DNA of 32,000 bases, from NCBI RefSeq assembly GCF_000242455.2, contig NC_019892.1, positions 5,124,744 to 5,156,743 of the forward strand. Direction: 5' to 3'. Shown one piece after another: positions 1-8,846 of this stretch. Made by a program: the position numbers and the translations under genes. This DNA comes from Singulisphaera acidiphila DSM 18658 (GTDB lineage: Bacteria; Planctomycetota; Planctomycetia; Isosphaerales; Isosphaeraceae). Each line of letters opens with the position of its first letter. Positions within the stretch are counted from its first letter, which is position 1. The notes under the pieces were generated by a model. That model saw only the letters and a list, made by a program, of their open reading frames with translations, had not been told where the DNA came from and searched no databases.

Positions 1-36
1 CCTCCTTGGGAGCTTTGGCGACTCCTTTCTTTTTGC

Positions 37-285
37 TCAAGGCCGTCCCTCCTCGATCATTTCACGAACCGTGAGGTTATCGCCCAAAACCGGGCCGTGC
101 TGGTCACGGAAGGCAAGCATTTCCTCGATGACGGTCTTTGTATCCCGCTTGGGCACTGGCTGAGCGGGCGACAAAATGGCCACCGGCTTCCCACGTTTGG
201 TGATGGTGATCGTTTCGCCCTTCTCCACCTCGCTGAGCAGTTGGGGCAGGTGGGTTTTCGCTTCGTATGAGCCGACAGATTTCAT
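37..285 (-). CDS. Phd/YefM-family type II antitoxin
   Basis: This is an 82-aa ORF. Its N-terminus YEAKTHLPQLLSEVEKGETITITKRGKPVAIL matches the Phd/YefM antitoxin signature. The partner toxin would lie downstream at coordinates below 37 and is cut by the window edge. Confidence 0.8.
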   Translation of the reverse strand: MKSVGSYEAKTHLPQLLSEVEKGETITITKRGKPVAILSPAQPVPKRDTKTVIEEMLAFRDQHGPVLGDNLTVREMIEEGRP

Positions 286-302
286 TAGGAGTACCTCCCT
301 GT

Positions 303-335
303 TCAGACTGGTCTAGTGTGTCAAGACCAGTCTAA
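303..335. promoter_or_regulatory. Palindromic operator-like site upstream of the antitoxin gene
   Basis: AGACTGGTCT (305-314) and its exact reverse complement AGACCAGTCT (324-333) extend imperfectly to 303-335. The site lies 18-50 bp upstream of the minus-strand start codon at 285. Type II antitoxins commonly autoregulate through such palindromes. Confidence 0.4.
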
Positions 336-630
336 CTTGAATCGCCTATCTTGCCAAGCGACATTTTCTGTACGGCTGGACAGATCACTGCGAATGGGCG
401 ATCTTAGCCGGGTGATTGCCAGCCGAACCATGGCGTCGTTCTGACCGCCGAGGGCGGCCTCCAAAGAAAGCCTTGCGGGTGACGTCGATCTTGCCGCGTG
501 CCTGGCGAGGTCGTCGGAGGCGGATTCGAGGATGTCGTCGGTCAGCGGGCCAATCAATCAGGGACTCAGAAATATTTCACTGCGGCGCGCGAATGCCTTG
601 GGAGCGACTTCACCGCCAGGAGGCCTGACG

Positions 631-1053
631 ATGAGCATAGAGGTCACCGTAGTCGGCGGAGCGGTCGCCGCCGCCATCGTAGCGGAATTGCAGAGGCAAG
701 AGGAAGAAGAGATGACTCCCTACAGCGACAAGGACCTGGCCGAGGGCTGGGAATTCAAAATCGTGCGCTCAACTCTGTGGGGGTTCCGCAAACCAGAGCA
801 GCTCCGCGCGGTGCTTGCGGAGGAGAAGAAGGGAGGGTGGGTACTTGTCGAGAAGTTCGATGATTCACGCATCCGCCTCAAACGTCCGGCCGGGACAAAG
901 ATCGAGGAGCGGGATTTCGAGGACGGGTATGACCCTTACCGCAGCACGACATGGGTCTCGGGTGAGAACCGACTGTTGATCGTCGCGATCGCGGCAGGTG
1001 CTCTGGCTTTGTTGTTCATCGGTACCGCCGTCACATTCATCGTAAGCCGTTGA
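631..1053 (+). CDS. Hypothetical protein with C-terminal TM helix (DUF4177-like core, tentative)
   Basis: An ATG at 631 is preceded by AGGAGG at 617-622. The core EGWEFKIVRS...GGWVLVEKFDDSRIRLKRP resembles DUF4177. The C-terminal hydrophobic stretch is LLIVAIAAGALALLFIGTAVTFIV. Confidence 0.5.
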   Translation: MSIEVTVVGGAVAAAIVAELQRQEEEEMTPYSDKDLAEGWEFKIVRSTLWGFRKPEQLRAVLAEEKKGGWVLVEKFDDSRIRLKRPAGTKIEERDFEDGYDPYRSTTWVSGENRLLIVAIAAGALALLFIGTAVTFIVSR

Positions 1054-1334
1054 GCAACGGGTCGCTGATTGATCGCTCTTTACCGATTGGACATCTGGCC
1101 CTCAAGCGACATCGCAACTGGACCTGATGCCGGTCAAGAAGTTGCGAAGGGTCGTGGCTTCCATGCGAAGTTTGTGGGCCTCGCTGGGACCAAGAATCTC
1201 GTAGTCACTGTCGGGCAGGCGGTCCGCCTTCCGCCTCGAATCAAGAACTTCCGCCGCTCCGCCTCCGAACGGGCTTTATGTTTCCCCTGGTCCGTGGCCT
1301 GCGACATCGAGGGCGGACGAGCGGACGTGGGCCG

Positions 1335-2246
1335 TCAGGAGCACGATTGGCGGCCGGCGCCGACCAGGTGGGTCAAGAATCCCTGGGCGGTCTCGGACAG
1401 GATGCACCCTTTGCGATGGATGAGGGAAAACCGTCTCTTCATGTCCCGTCCGACCAGGCGAACCATCGAGAGCAGGCCCGCCGAGACCTCCCACTGGATG
1501 ACGCTCTTCGACAGGACCGACACGCCCAACCCGGCCTCGACCGCTTTCTTCACACCCTCCATGTTGCCGAAGTCGAGGACTTCCGTCAGCCGCGTGCCGT
1601 TCCGACCGAGCCGGTCCTCGACGACCATCCGGGTCCCCGAGCCGATGGCGGTCGCCAGGAACGGCTCTTCGCGCAATTGCTCCGGGCGTATCCCCCGCGT
1701 CTGCGACGCCCACCTGTGCCCGGCGGGGACCGCCACCACAAGGTCGTCCGAGAAGAATACGGTCGCCACGAGCCGGTTGTCTCGGATGTCATGACCGACT
1801 AACCCGACGTCGAAGCTCTGGTCCAGGACGCGGGTCTCGACGGTGGCTGCGGGGAAGATCTCGAGCGTCGTCCTGACCTCGGGGTGGAGCGTTCGGAAGG
1901 AGGCCAGCAGCCCGGGGAGGATGTACAGCCCGGCGGTGAAAGTCGCGGCGAGGGGCAGGGTCGGCGCCGCATCGTGCAGCTCCCTGAGCCTGTCGTCCGC
2001 CCGGCCCAGGCAGGCCATGACCTCGCGGGTGGCTTCGTAGAGGATATGGCCCGCCCGGGTGAGGGCGACCGCACGGCCCCGCCGCTCGAACAGGGCGGCC
2101 CGGTAGTGTTTCTCCAATTGCTTCACATGCTTGCTGACGCCTGGCTGAGTCAGGTGTAGCACGCCGGCCGCTCGGGTGAAGCTCCCCTGACTGGCGACGG
2201 CGTGGAACACCCACAAGAGGTTGAGGTTCACCCTGTTGAACTGCAT
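1335..2246 (-). CDS. LysR-family transcriptional regulator
   Basis: The N-terminal HTH LNLLWVFHAVASQGSFTRAAGVLHLTQPGVSKHVKQLE is followed by a LysR substrate-binding-type C-terminus. The likely start is MQFNRV at 2246, with an alternative ATG at 2258. The ORF track extends it to 2327. Confidence 0.9.
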   Translation of the reverse strand: MQFNRVNLNLLWVFHAVASQGSFTRAAGVLHLTQPGVSKHVKQLEKHYRAALFERRGRAVALTRAGHILYEATREVMACLGRADDRLRELHDAAPTLPLAATFTAGLYILPGLLASFRTLHPEVRTTLEIFPAATVETRVLDQSFDVGLVGHDIRDNRLVATVFFSDDLVVAVPAGHRWASQTRGIRPEQLREEPFLATAIGSGTRMVVEDRLGRNGTRLTEVLDFGNMEGVKKAVEAGLGVSVLSKSVIQWEVSAGLLSMVRLVGRDMKRRFSLIHRKGCILSETAQGFLTHLVGAGRQSCS

Positions 2247-2440
2247 ATGAAATTCCATCGATGAGCAGAGACCGCTGGCGGGACACGGCTCAACCATAAC
2301 TGTAAGTGATGGGAACCATCGAAACAAGTCATTGGACGCATCCTCCGGTGGGCCCGTATGCTTACCTCAACATGGGCCATACGCCGTGCGTCGGTGTAGG
2401 CCATGCCATCGACGGACAGCCCGAGGAGTCGGGAGTTCCC

Positions 2441-3184
2441 ATGAAAATTGTTATTTTATCAGATGTGCACGGTAACTATGAAGCACTCCGGGCTCTGCCT
2501 GAAGAATATGACGAACTGTGGGTGCTTGGGGACCTCGTCGGCTACGGACCTCAACCGTGTGAGGTCATTGACGAGGTTCGCGCCAAGGCTAAGCTCACCG
2601 TCCGCGGGAACCATGACCACGCGGCCGTCCATCCCGGCGACCGGCGGTGGCGGCCTCGCTATCGGGCGACGGCCGAGGCCACCTGCCGCTACACGGCGTC
2701 GGTGCTGGACGGGGCCCAGCGGGGCTACCTGGGGGGGCTTCCTCTGTGGGCTGAATCCGAGCGGGACGGCACCCGGTTTTACCTGACGCATGCGACGCCT
2801 TCCGATCCCCTCTACGGCCGGTGTGCGACGGTCGAGGCGTGGGCCGAGGAGGTTGGGTTGGTGACGGCGGACGTCGTGCTCGTCGGCCACACGCATACCC
2901 CCTCCGTCCAACGGATTGGCGGCCGATTGCTGGTCAACCCGGGCAGCCTGGGGCAGCCCAAGTCCGGCCGATCCGCAGCCTGCTACGCCGTCTGGCAAGA
3001 CGGACGCATCGACCTTCGGTCGTTCGAATATCCCGTCGAGGCGACTGTCGAGCGGCTCCGAGCGTTGCGGTTCCCTCGGGACGTTGAGGAGGGCCTGGTG
3101 AGGACCCTTCGGACGGGTATCGACGGCTTGGCCATCGAATCGAGCGATGAGGGAGGAACACTAAAATCCCCTGAGGATGGGTAG
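2441..3184 (+). CDS. Calcineurin-like metallophosphoesterase (YfcE-like)
   Basis: MKIVILSDVHGN...VLGDLVGYG...RGNHD...GHTH contains the metallophosphoesterase motifs. The ATG at 2441 follows GGGAG. The gene is divergent from the LysR gene. Confidence 0.85.
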   Translation: MKIVILSDVHGNYEALRALPEEYDELWVLGDLVGYGPQPCEVIDEVRAKAKLTVRGNHDHAAVHPGDRRWRPRYRATAEATCRYTASVLDGAQRGYLGGLPLWAESERDGTRFYLTHATPSDPLYGRCATVEAWAEEVGLVTADVVLVGHTHTPSVQRIGGRLLVNPGSLGQPKSGRSAACYAVWQDGRIDLRSFEYPVEATVERLRALRFPRDVEEGLVRTLRTGIDGLAIESSDEGGTLKSPEDG

Positions 3185-3614
3185 CGTCCGTCAATCCAAT
3201 CCAAAATCTCGACAGAGCAGCGGTTGAAGCCTTCTTTCGTGGGCAGCGGATGCCGGAAACGATTCGGCAATTGACGGTTTGATTGGCCCAGCATCTTCCC
3301 AGGCCCCGCCCACCACCCCCCGCCACGACCACCACGGATTCTGCCGAAGCGCCCGGAATTGCCGGGTTTCCGGTTCTGCAACCGAAGCGGTCCGAGCCGT
3401 CGCCCAGGCAAAGGCGTCGGCCTCCCCTGGGCCGTCTGCCAGCACGGTCGGGCTGGGCTTTACAAACCCGCCAGGACTCCCCGCTCTTCCCTCTGGTTTG
3501 GCCCTGCGAGCAAACGAGCAAAGGCCGTCAGGGGCACACTGGGGCATGCATTGCACATTGAATCCTGTTATCAGAATTTGGTAGATCCCTTGGTTTCACC
3601 CAGAAGACACAACA

Positions 3615-3776
3615 ATGGCGATCGCTCACGCTCATCTCGTCGATCCCAACGTTACGCGATGCGTCCGGCGCGCCTTCCTGCTCGGCGAAGGCGGCTCTGA
3701 CCGGAAGCTGTGGATCGAAAATCGGCTTTAGGAGTTGGCCGGCCTTTTCTCCATGGCCGTCGGCGGGTTCGCCGTG
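3615..3776 (+). pseudogene. N-terminal fragment of an IS200/RAYT-like (Y1) transposase
   Basis: MAIAHAHLVDPNVTRCVRRAFLLGEGGSDRKLWIENRL, an in-frame TAG at 3729-3731, then ELAGLFSMAVGGFAV. This matches my recollection of the N-terminus of Y1 transposase-like proteins. The HxH catalytic region that should follow is absent. Confidence 0.45.
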
Positions 3777-3862
3777 CGCACCGGCCGCTCGGCACTCTGT
3801 GGCTTCGGAAAGCGTTCACGCGGCCGGGGCCGCTGCATCGCGAGGCAGGCATCGGGCGCCGG

Positions 3863-4351
3863 CTACGATGACGCGTGGTACGACCAGCCGCCGAACATCC
3901 ACACGAAGCCCAAGCTCAGTAGACTGTAGCTGAGACAATTGCCCAGGACGACGGGCATGACGATATGACGGAGGCCCGCCCGCTTTCGGACTGGGAGGAG
4001 GGTGACGGTTTCGATGATGGCGCTAACGATGCCCGCCTGGAGGAAGCTATATCGCGCGAGGCGCTGCCATTGGGGGCCGCGATCGAGGATGCCGTAGCCA
4101 TGCTCGTCGGGGTTGACGACGACGAGGCCGGAGCCGACGTAGAGCCGGGGCGAGAGCCAGGTGCCGATGACGTACGAAGCGATATTCATGACGAGGACGC
4201 AAGCGACGATCGCCTTGAATGATACGGAGCTGTTGAATGCCCGCAGGATCGCGCCTTCCGCGATCAGGACGCCGAGCGCAAGCGGGGCGAGGATGATCCA
4301 ACTGAAGTAAGCGGCCTGAAACGCGTGGAAGATGACATTTGCAACCAGCAT
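3863..4351 (-). CDS. Hypothetical integral membrane protein
   Basis: There are several hydrophobic helices starting at MLVANVIFHAFQAAYFSWIILAPLALGVLIA. The ATG at 4351 is preferred over the Arg-rich extension to 4540. No family was recognised. Confidence 0.5.
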   Translation of the reverse strand: MLVANVIFHAFQAAYFSWIILAPLALGVLIAEGAILRAFNSSVSFKAIVACVLVMNIASYVIGTWLSPRLYVGSGLVVVNPDEHGYGILDRGPQWQRLARYSFLQAGIVSAIIETVTLLPVRKRAGLRHIVMPVVLGNCLSYSLLSLGFVWMFGGWSYHASS

Positions 4352-4554
4352 GGGGACACGACTCCGACGCCTAACAACAGAACTCAGCGGACCACCTCGT
4401 CGAGCTGACCTTTTGGCCGCCATCGCCTTCCCTTTTCTTACGCCCGATCGCAACCAGGTCAAGCCGTCCTTGTCTGCTTCGGTCCGACACAATTGACGCG
4501 TATTCTGAGACCTTCTCGAACGCATCAGGGGATAACCCATTTGCTGCGGCCGGT

Positions 4555-4914
4555 TCAGCGGAATACGTCGACCTTTCCCACCTGAATGTCCTTGAATTTC
4601 TCTTCGGGTTTCTCGGCAAGCTCCTTCGTCAGGTTTGTAAACTTCCCTTGGTCCACCCGACCCGCGTCGCGCAATTCGCGATCCCTGGCCGCTGTTTCAA
4701 TGGCATGGGTGTCGAAAAGAGATCCTATTCTGAACGGGGCGCTGCCGGGGTGCAAGCGTCGGTCCGACACACCGCAAGCGATTAGGACAGGCTGCGCTGG
4801 CGAACGCAAAACGTCGACCGCCGGTGTCCGTTTAGAGTCTGTCCCATCCATAAGGGTGATAGGCAGCTCCGCTCGCGTTAGAATTACTGGATGCAGGTTG
4901 CGTTCTACTGCCAT
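4555..4914 (-). CDS. Hypothetical protein
   Basis: This is a 119-aa ORF with non-repetitive composition and lower GC than its surroundings. No family was recognised. Confidence 0.4.
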   Translation of the reverse strand: MAVERNLHPVILTRAELPITLMDGTDSKRTPAVDVLRSPAQPVLIACGVSDRRLHPGSAPFRIGSLFDTHAIETAARDRELRDAGRVDQGKFTNLTKELAEKPEEKFKDIQVGKVDVFR

Positions 4915-4928
4915 ATATTCTCTTGGCG

Positions 4929-5354
4929 ATGAGGGGATACGATCCCGTGGACGAATCCGACTATTGGGGGAGACTCGAGTATCGCGTCTGCCACGAACTC
5001 GCCGGGCTCAGTCACATCGTCGGTCGCCTTTACTGGTGTGATGGCTTCGTGCCGGACCAATACATCCTCGACGGCCCGAGCCCCTGCATTCTCGGCCGTG
5101 CCTGGTTGGTGATCGGTTCCAACTATGATGAGCTATGGGCGTTTACGCTGCTGCTCAATCGGTCGGTACTCTCAGTTGAGGAAATCGATTGGTCCGCACT
5201 ACTCCCGGCCGACGATGTGACGCGATGGCTCACTGTCGACCGAAAGCGCAAACAACTCATCCTCGAACCCTCGGTTGCCGTTCCCGACAAGGCACCCCCT
5301 ACTCTCGGGGTCAAGTTCAGCGGCATGGATCGTCCCGGCGGGCGGGCCTTTTGA
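4929..5354 (+). CDS. Hypothetical protein
   Basis: An ATG lies at 4929 (the ORF track starts at a TTG at 4923). The sequence YWGRLEYRVCHELAG...LYWCDGFVPDQYILDG has balanced composition. No family was recognised. Confidence 0.45.
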   Translation: MRGYDPVDESDYWGRLEYRVCHELAGLSHIVGRLYWCDGFVPDQYILDGPSPCILGRAWLVIGSNYDELWAFTLLLNRSVLSVEEIDWSALLPADDVTRWLTVDRKRKQLILEPSVAVPDKAPPTLGVKFSGMDRPGGRAF

Positions 5355-5363
5355 ATATCGACA

Positions 5364-6044
5364 TCATGCCGCCAGCGGCCTCGGATAGTGGAATTCAGCG
5401 CCCACGTCCGAGGGCTCAAGGCGATGGAGCATCAGCTGGATCATCGCCAGCTTGATGAACGCCTCCGACGACAGGACGGTCTTCTCGCGGTCTTTGGACA
5501 GCCGCCTGCAGAGGCCCAGCCAGGCGAACGTCCGTTCGTTCGTCCAGCGGATCGGCCGCTTCACCCAACCTCGCTTCCCCTCGGGGCGACGGATGATCCG
5601 AAGGTCCCACCCCGCGTTCTCATCGACCCACCGGTAGAGGTCGAAGTTGTGATACTTGGAGTCGGCGAACATCCGTGTCACCTTGCCCACCGGTTGATCG
5701 GCGAGCCGGGCGAACAGCGTCGGGGCGGTCGCCCCGTCGTCCGCCGAGGCCGCCGTCACCAGCACGGCCAGCAGCAAACCCATCATGGAATCCACGACGA
5801 TGTGGCGTTTCCGCCCGTCCACGTTCTTGGCGTTGTCGCGGCCTCGCTCCTCACCGCCGGAGGTCGCGTCGACCGACTGGCTGTCGACGCTGGCGGTGGT
5901 CCGGGGCTGATAGGGCTTCTCCCGGGTTCGGACCTTGCGGACGTCGGTCTTGCGGGGGCGCCCGCCGGGGTACACGGGGATGAAGGGTGCGATCAGGGCC
6001 CATTGCTCGTCGGTGACGTCGCTGGGGTAGTGATGGGTTCTCAT
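5364..6044 (-). CDS. IS5-family DDE transposase, in-frame internal-deletion derivative
   Basis: MRTHHYPSDVTDEQWALIAPFIP...GGRPRKTDVRKV joins directly to RTREKPYQPRTTASVDSQSV...GRKRHIVVD...ERTFAWLGLCRRLSKDRE. The roughly 60-aa segment normally found between these blocks (LRTGCQWRMLP...) is missing. Confidence 0.75.
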   Translation of the reverse strand: MRTHHYPSDVTDEQWALIAPFIPVYPGGRPRKTDVRKVRTREKPYQPRTTASVDSQSVDATSGGEERGRDNAKNVDGRKRHIVVDSMMGLLLAVLVTAASADDGATAPTLFARLADQPVGKVTRMFADSKYHNFDLYRWVDENAGWDLRIIRRPEGKRGWVKRPIRWTNERTFAWLGLCRRLSKDREKTVLSSEAFIKLAMIQLMLHRLEPSDVGAEFHYPRPLAA

Positions 6045-6106
6045 CCCCTTGCTACGTTGTCTAGCACCCACTTGTTCCACTTATGGGACGGACTCTTTAG
6101 AGAGAG

Positions 6107-6265
6107 CAGCATAGCGACGAGGTTGCCGGCCACGGCGCCGGCGATGGCGGCAAAGGCCGTCTTCCGCCCCGAGTTCACGGCATCGCCCACGATATAGGCC
6201 ACCCCTGGCTCGGGCAGGGTCGTGATAAGCAGTGCAGCCGTCAGGAATACCCAGGGCCAGCGCAC
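6107..6265 (-). pseudogene. LysE/RhtB-family exporter, N-terminal fragment truncated by the IS5-like element
   Basis: WPWVFLTAALLITTLPEPGVAYIVGDAVNSGRKTAFAAIAGAVAGNLVAMLLS resembles a LysE-family N-terminus with a GTG start near 6265. The frame then runs into IS-derived sequence at about 6105. No remainder of the gene lies downstream. Confidence 0.55.
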
Positions 6266-6481
6266 ATCAAATTCCCCTTGTTTTAAGGGAAAAACCGACT
6301 TGTTATCCTCGTCAAAGGCCCTTTTTGCAGGGCTGTTTTTGCAAAACCCCCTTGTTTTCAAGCAAATTAATGTGCGCTGGCCCTGCAGGAATACCAACCT
6401 GCGACTCGGGTCGATCCTCTGCGTATCCCTGATCGGGGGGACGGCCCGGCGCCGAGCCAGCAGGTCATCCCCCCGGGACCC

Positions 6482-8041
6482 TTACAGTTGCCGCAAGAAC
6501 GCCACCAGGTCCTGCTTTTCATCGTTCGTCAGCTTCAGCTCGAGGACGAGATTGAAGAACTCGACGGTGTCTTCCAGGGTCAGGCAGCGGCCGTCGTGCA
6601 TGTACGGCGGGCTGTCCTTGATGCCGCGAAGTGTGAAGGCCTTGATCGGGCCGTCGCCCGCCTCGTGTTCCAGGAAGCGCTCCAGGTGCAGGTCGTGCAT
6701 CTGATTGTCGAGGTACGACGGCGCCGGATGGCAGGCCGCGCACTGCGCCTTGCCGAAGAACAGCGTCTCGCCACGCCGCTCGCTCTCGGTCGCTTTCTCC
6801 GGGTCGAGGCGTCCCAGCGAGGTCAGCTTGGGCGCCGGCGGGAACGCGAGGATGTTCTGCATTTGGGCCATGTGCGACACCTGGATGCGATCCAGGATGT
6901 TCAGCCCTTTCTTGAACGCGTGGATCTCGTCGCCGTTGAAATAGGCCGTGCGCTGCTCGAACTCAGTGAAGTCCTCGACCGAGCGCAGGCTCCGCTTCGC
7001 CCCGTGGATCTGCTGGTTGAACAGGCCACGCAGGCTCACCGTATCCAGCCGCATGCGTCGCTGCTCGGGCCGGGTGTCGGGGTTGATGTGGAACTGCCCG
7101 CTGGTGTGTCCGTTGACGTGACAGTCGAAGCAGGTTACTCCCAGGCTGGGCTCGACGGTCTTGCGATCGTCGGTCGGATTGAACTCCTCCTGGGGGAACG
7201 GCGTCAGCAGCAGGCGCAGGCCGTCGAGCTGCACCGGCGTGATCAGGTCCTTGAACAGGCGGTAGTAGTTGTTGATCGAGACGACCTCGCCGCGTGAGAC
7301 GTCGCCCAGCTCGGGCCGGGTCTGGAGATACATCGCGGGCGGGAACTCGGGCAGGAAGGCCTCGGGCAAATCGAACTCGACGTCATAACGCTCCAGGCGC
7401 GGGAACATCTTGATCTGCATCCTGGGAAAGACCTGACCACCCAGCCCGCCCCCCTGCGCTGGATGGGGCAGCGACTTATATGGGAAGATGTCCCTGCGGC
7501 GGATCTCCGCCGGGCTCAACGCGGCCAGCGCCGCCCAGTCCATCCCCTCCGGCAGGCGGGCCGTGGGCCCCACCACCAGCGGCTTGCCCCGCGACATCGT
7601 GGCCGTCGAGTCGAGCTTGGGCTCGAGTTTGTAGCGGCTCTCGAGCAGTTTTCGCTGCCGCTCCAGGACCGCGGGCTTGTTGGCCACCGCCGCCTTGTAG
7701 ACGTCCTCGAAGGTCATCCCCGGACGCGATGCGCCCAGAGGGTCGCGGTAGAAGTCGAAGCCGTTCATGCCACCTTGTTCCGGCTGGTCGCCCAGGGACC
7801 CCGAGGAAGGAGTTGCCTTGCTCGGCGCGAAGATGTCGGACAGGTCATGTGCGGTCTTCTTCTGTTCCGGCCGCTCCTTCGGGACGTCCTGAGGCGTCTG
7901 GGCTTCCGCGATGGCGTCTCTCGGCCCTCTGGATGGCGAGGGAATCGCGTTCTGGCCGGCCGCGTAGTGCCCCCAGAGTGCGAGGCCGCCTACGAACAAG
8001 GCCGAGACGACTCCCGTAGCGAGACATCGTGGCGTCAGCAT
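6482..8041 (-). CDS. Di-haem cytochrome c peroxidase / MauG-family protein, secreted
   Basis: There are two CxxCH haem motifs (CFDCH and CAACH). The C-terminus has the CCP-type motif PPYMHDG. A hydrophobic signal-like N-terminus is present. Confidence 0.9.
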   Translation of the reverse strand: MLTPRCLATGVVSALFVGGLALWGHYAAGQNAIPSPSRGPRDAIAEAQTPQDVPKERPEQKKTAHDLSDIFAPSKATPSSGSLGDQPEQGGMNGFDFYRDPLGASRPGMTFEDVYKAAVANKPAVLERQRKLLESRYKLEPKLDSTATMSRGKPLVVGPTARLPEGMDWAALAALSPAEIRRRDIFPYKSLPHPAQGGGLGGQVFPRMQIKMFPRLERYDVEFDLPEAFLPEFPPAMYLQTRPELGDVSRGEVVSINNYYRLFKDLITPVQLDGLRLLLTPFPQEEFNPTDDRKTVEPSLGVTCFDCHVNGHTSGQFHINPDTRPEQRRMRLDTVSLRGLFNQQIHGAKRSLRSVEDFTEFEQRTAYFNGDEIHAFKKGLNILDRIQVSHMAQMQNILAFPPAPKLTSLGRLDPEKATESERRGETLFFGKAQCAACHPAPSYLDNQMHDLHLERFLEHEAGDGPIKAFTLRGIKDSPPYMHDGRCLTLEDTVEFFNLVLELKLTNDEKQDLVAFLRQL

Positions 8042-8149
8042 AGGTTCACCTCTGTTGTCGTGAAGATCGTCCGTAATTCGCGGGTTACCAATCCGCGCTC
8101 CCGTTACGGAGCGTGGCGAGTGGGCATCGAACGCGATGAGCCCCGCCGG

Positions 8150-8788
8150 TCAACCGCCGAGTGGGTTGGCGGCGATGAAGTCACAGAAATTCGGCCGGCG
8201 GTAGCCGGGTAGCGTCCGTTCCAGCACGTCCGTGTTCATCGTCCCGAAAGCGGTCGCGGGCTTGTGGGCGAAGCCGTCGGAGAACGCCTGGACGATCCCT
8301 CGCTTGAAGTCGATTCGCGGGTATGCGGCAAGGACAGCGTCCCGGTCGCCAGCCGGGATCTCTCCGAGGCCATCGCCGAGAACATCCGCCTCGACTCCAC
8401 CGGTGACCAGGGCGATCTCTGGGCGCTTGTGCCAGGGGATCTCGGGTGTCGTATGCAGGGCGATCGCGTCCCACACGACGTCGACCGACGCTTCGTCGAT
8501 GCCGTTGGTCCGCAGGAATTCTCGGGCCGCGTTCGCACCATCGATCTCGAACCGGTGGTCCTGGCTGCGATACTTCGCGGTGAGCCCGAGATCGTGGAAG
8601 ACCGCACCGAAGTACAGCAACTCCTGGTCAAACGTCAGCCCACGGTGACGGCCCCGGATCGCTCCGAAGAGGTAGACCCTCAGAGAATGGGCGAGAAGCA
8701 ATTCCGTGCCGTGCTCCCGAAGCAGATCCGTCGCCTCCCGGGCCAGCTTGCTGTCGGGGATTCGGATTCCTGCGATGATTTCAGACAT
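8150..8788 (-). CDS. HD-domain hydrolase (cyanamide-hydratase-like family)
   Basis: LLAHSLRVYLFG...AVFHDLGL...ALHT shows the HD-domain His/Asp pattern. The ATG is at 8788. Confidence 0.8.
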   Translation of the reverse strand: MSEIIAGIRIPDSKLAREATDLLREHGTELLLAHSLRVYLFGAIRGRHRGLTFDQELLYFGAVFHDLGLTAKYRSQDHRFEIDGANAAREFLRTNGIDEASVDVVWDAIALHTTPEIPWHKRPEIALVTGGVEADVLGDGLGEIPAGDRDAVLAAYPRIDFKRGIVQAFSDGFAHKPATAFGTMNTDVLERTLPGYRRPNFCDFIAANPLGG

Positions 8789-8846
8789 GATTCATCTCCT
8801 GTTCTCGGTTCGGTCAGGTGTTCAATGCATCAATTCTCGGCGGCGG

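Noticed and set aside
321-557. 78-aa minus-strand ORF as the toxin partner of the Phd/YefM antitoxin
   Set aside because: It lies upstream of the antitoxin and overlaps the operator palindrome. It has no PIN/Doc/RelE-like motifs. The toxin is expected downstream of the antitoxin.
2934-3600. Several 90-195-aa ORFs in the region between the metallophosphoesterase gene and the RAYT-like fragment
   Set aside because: All are Arg/Pro/Gly-rich and mutually overlapping, with no recognisable motif or plausible start context. The region is treated as non-coding or decayed.
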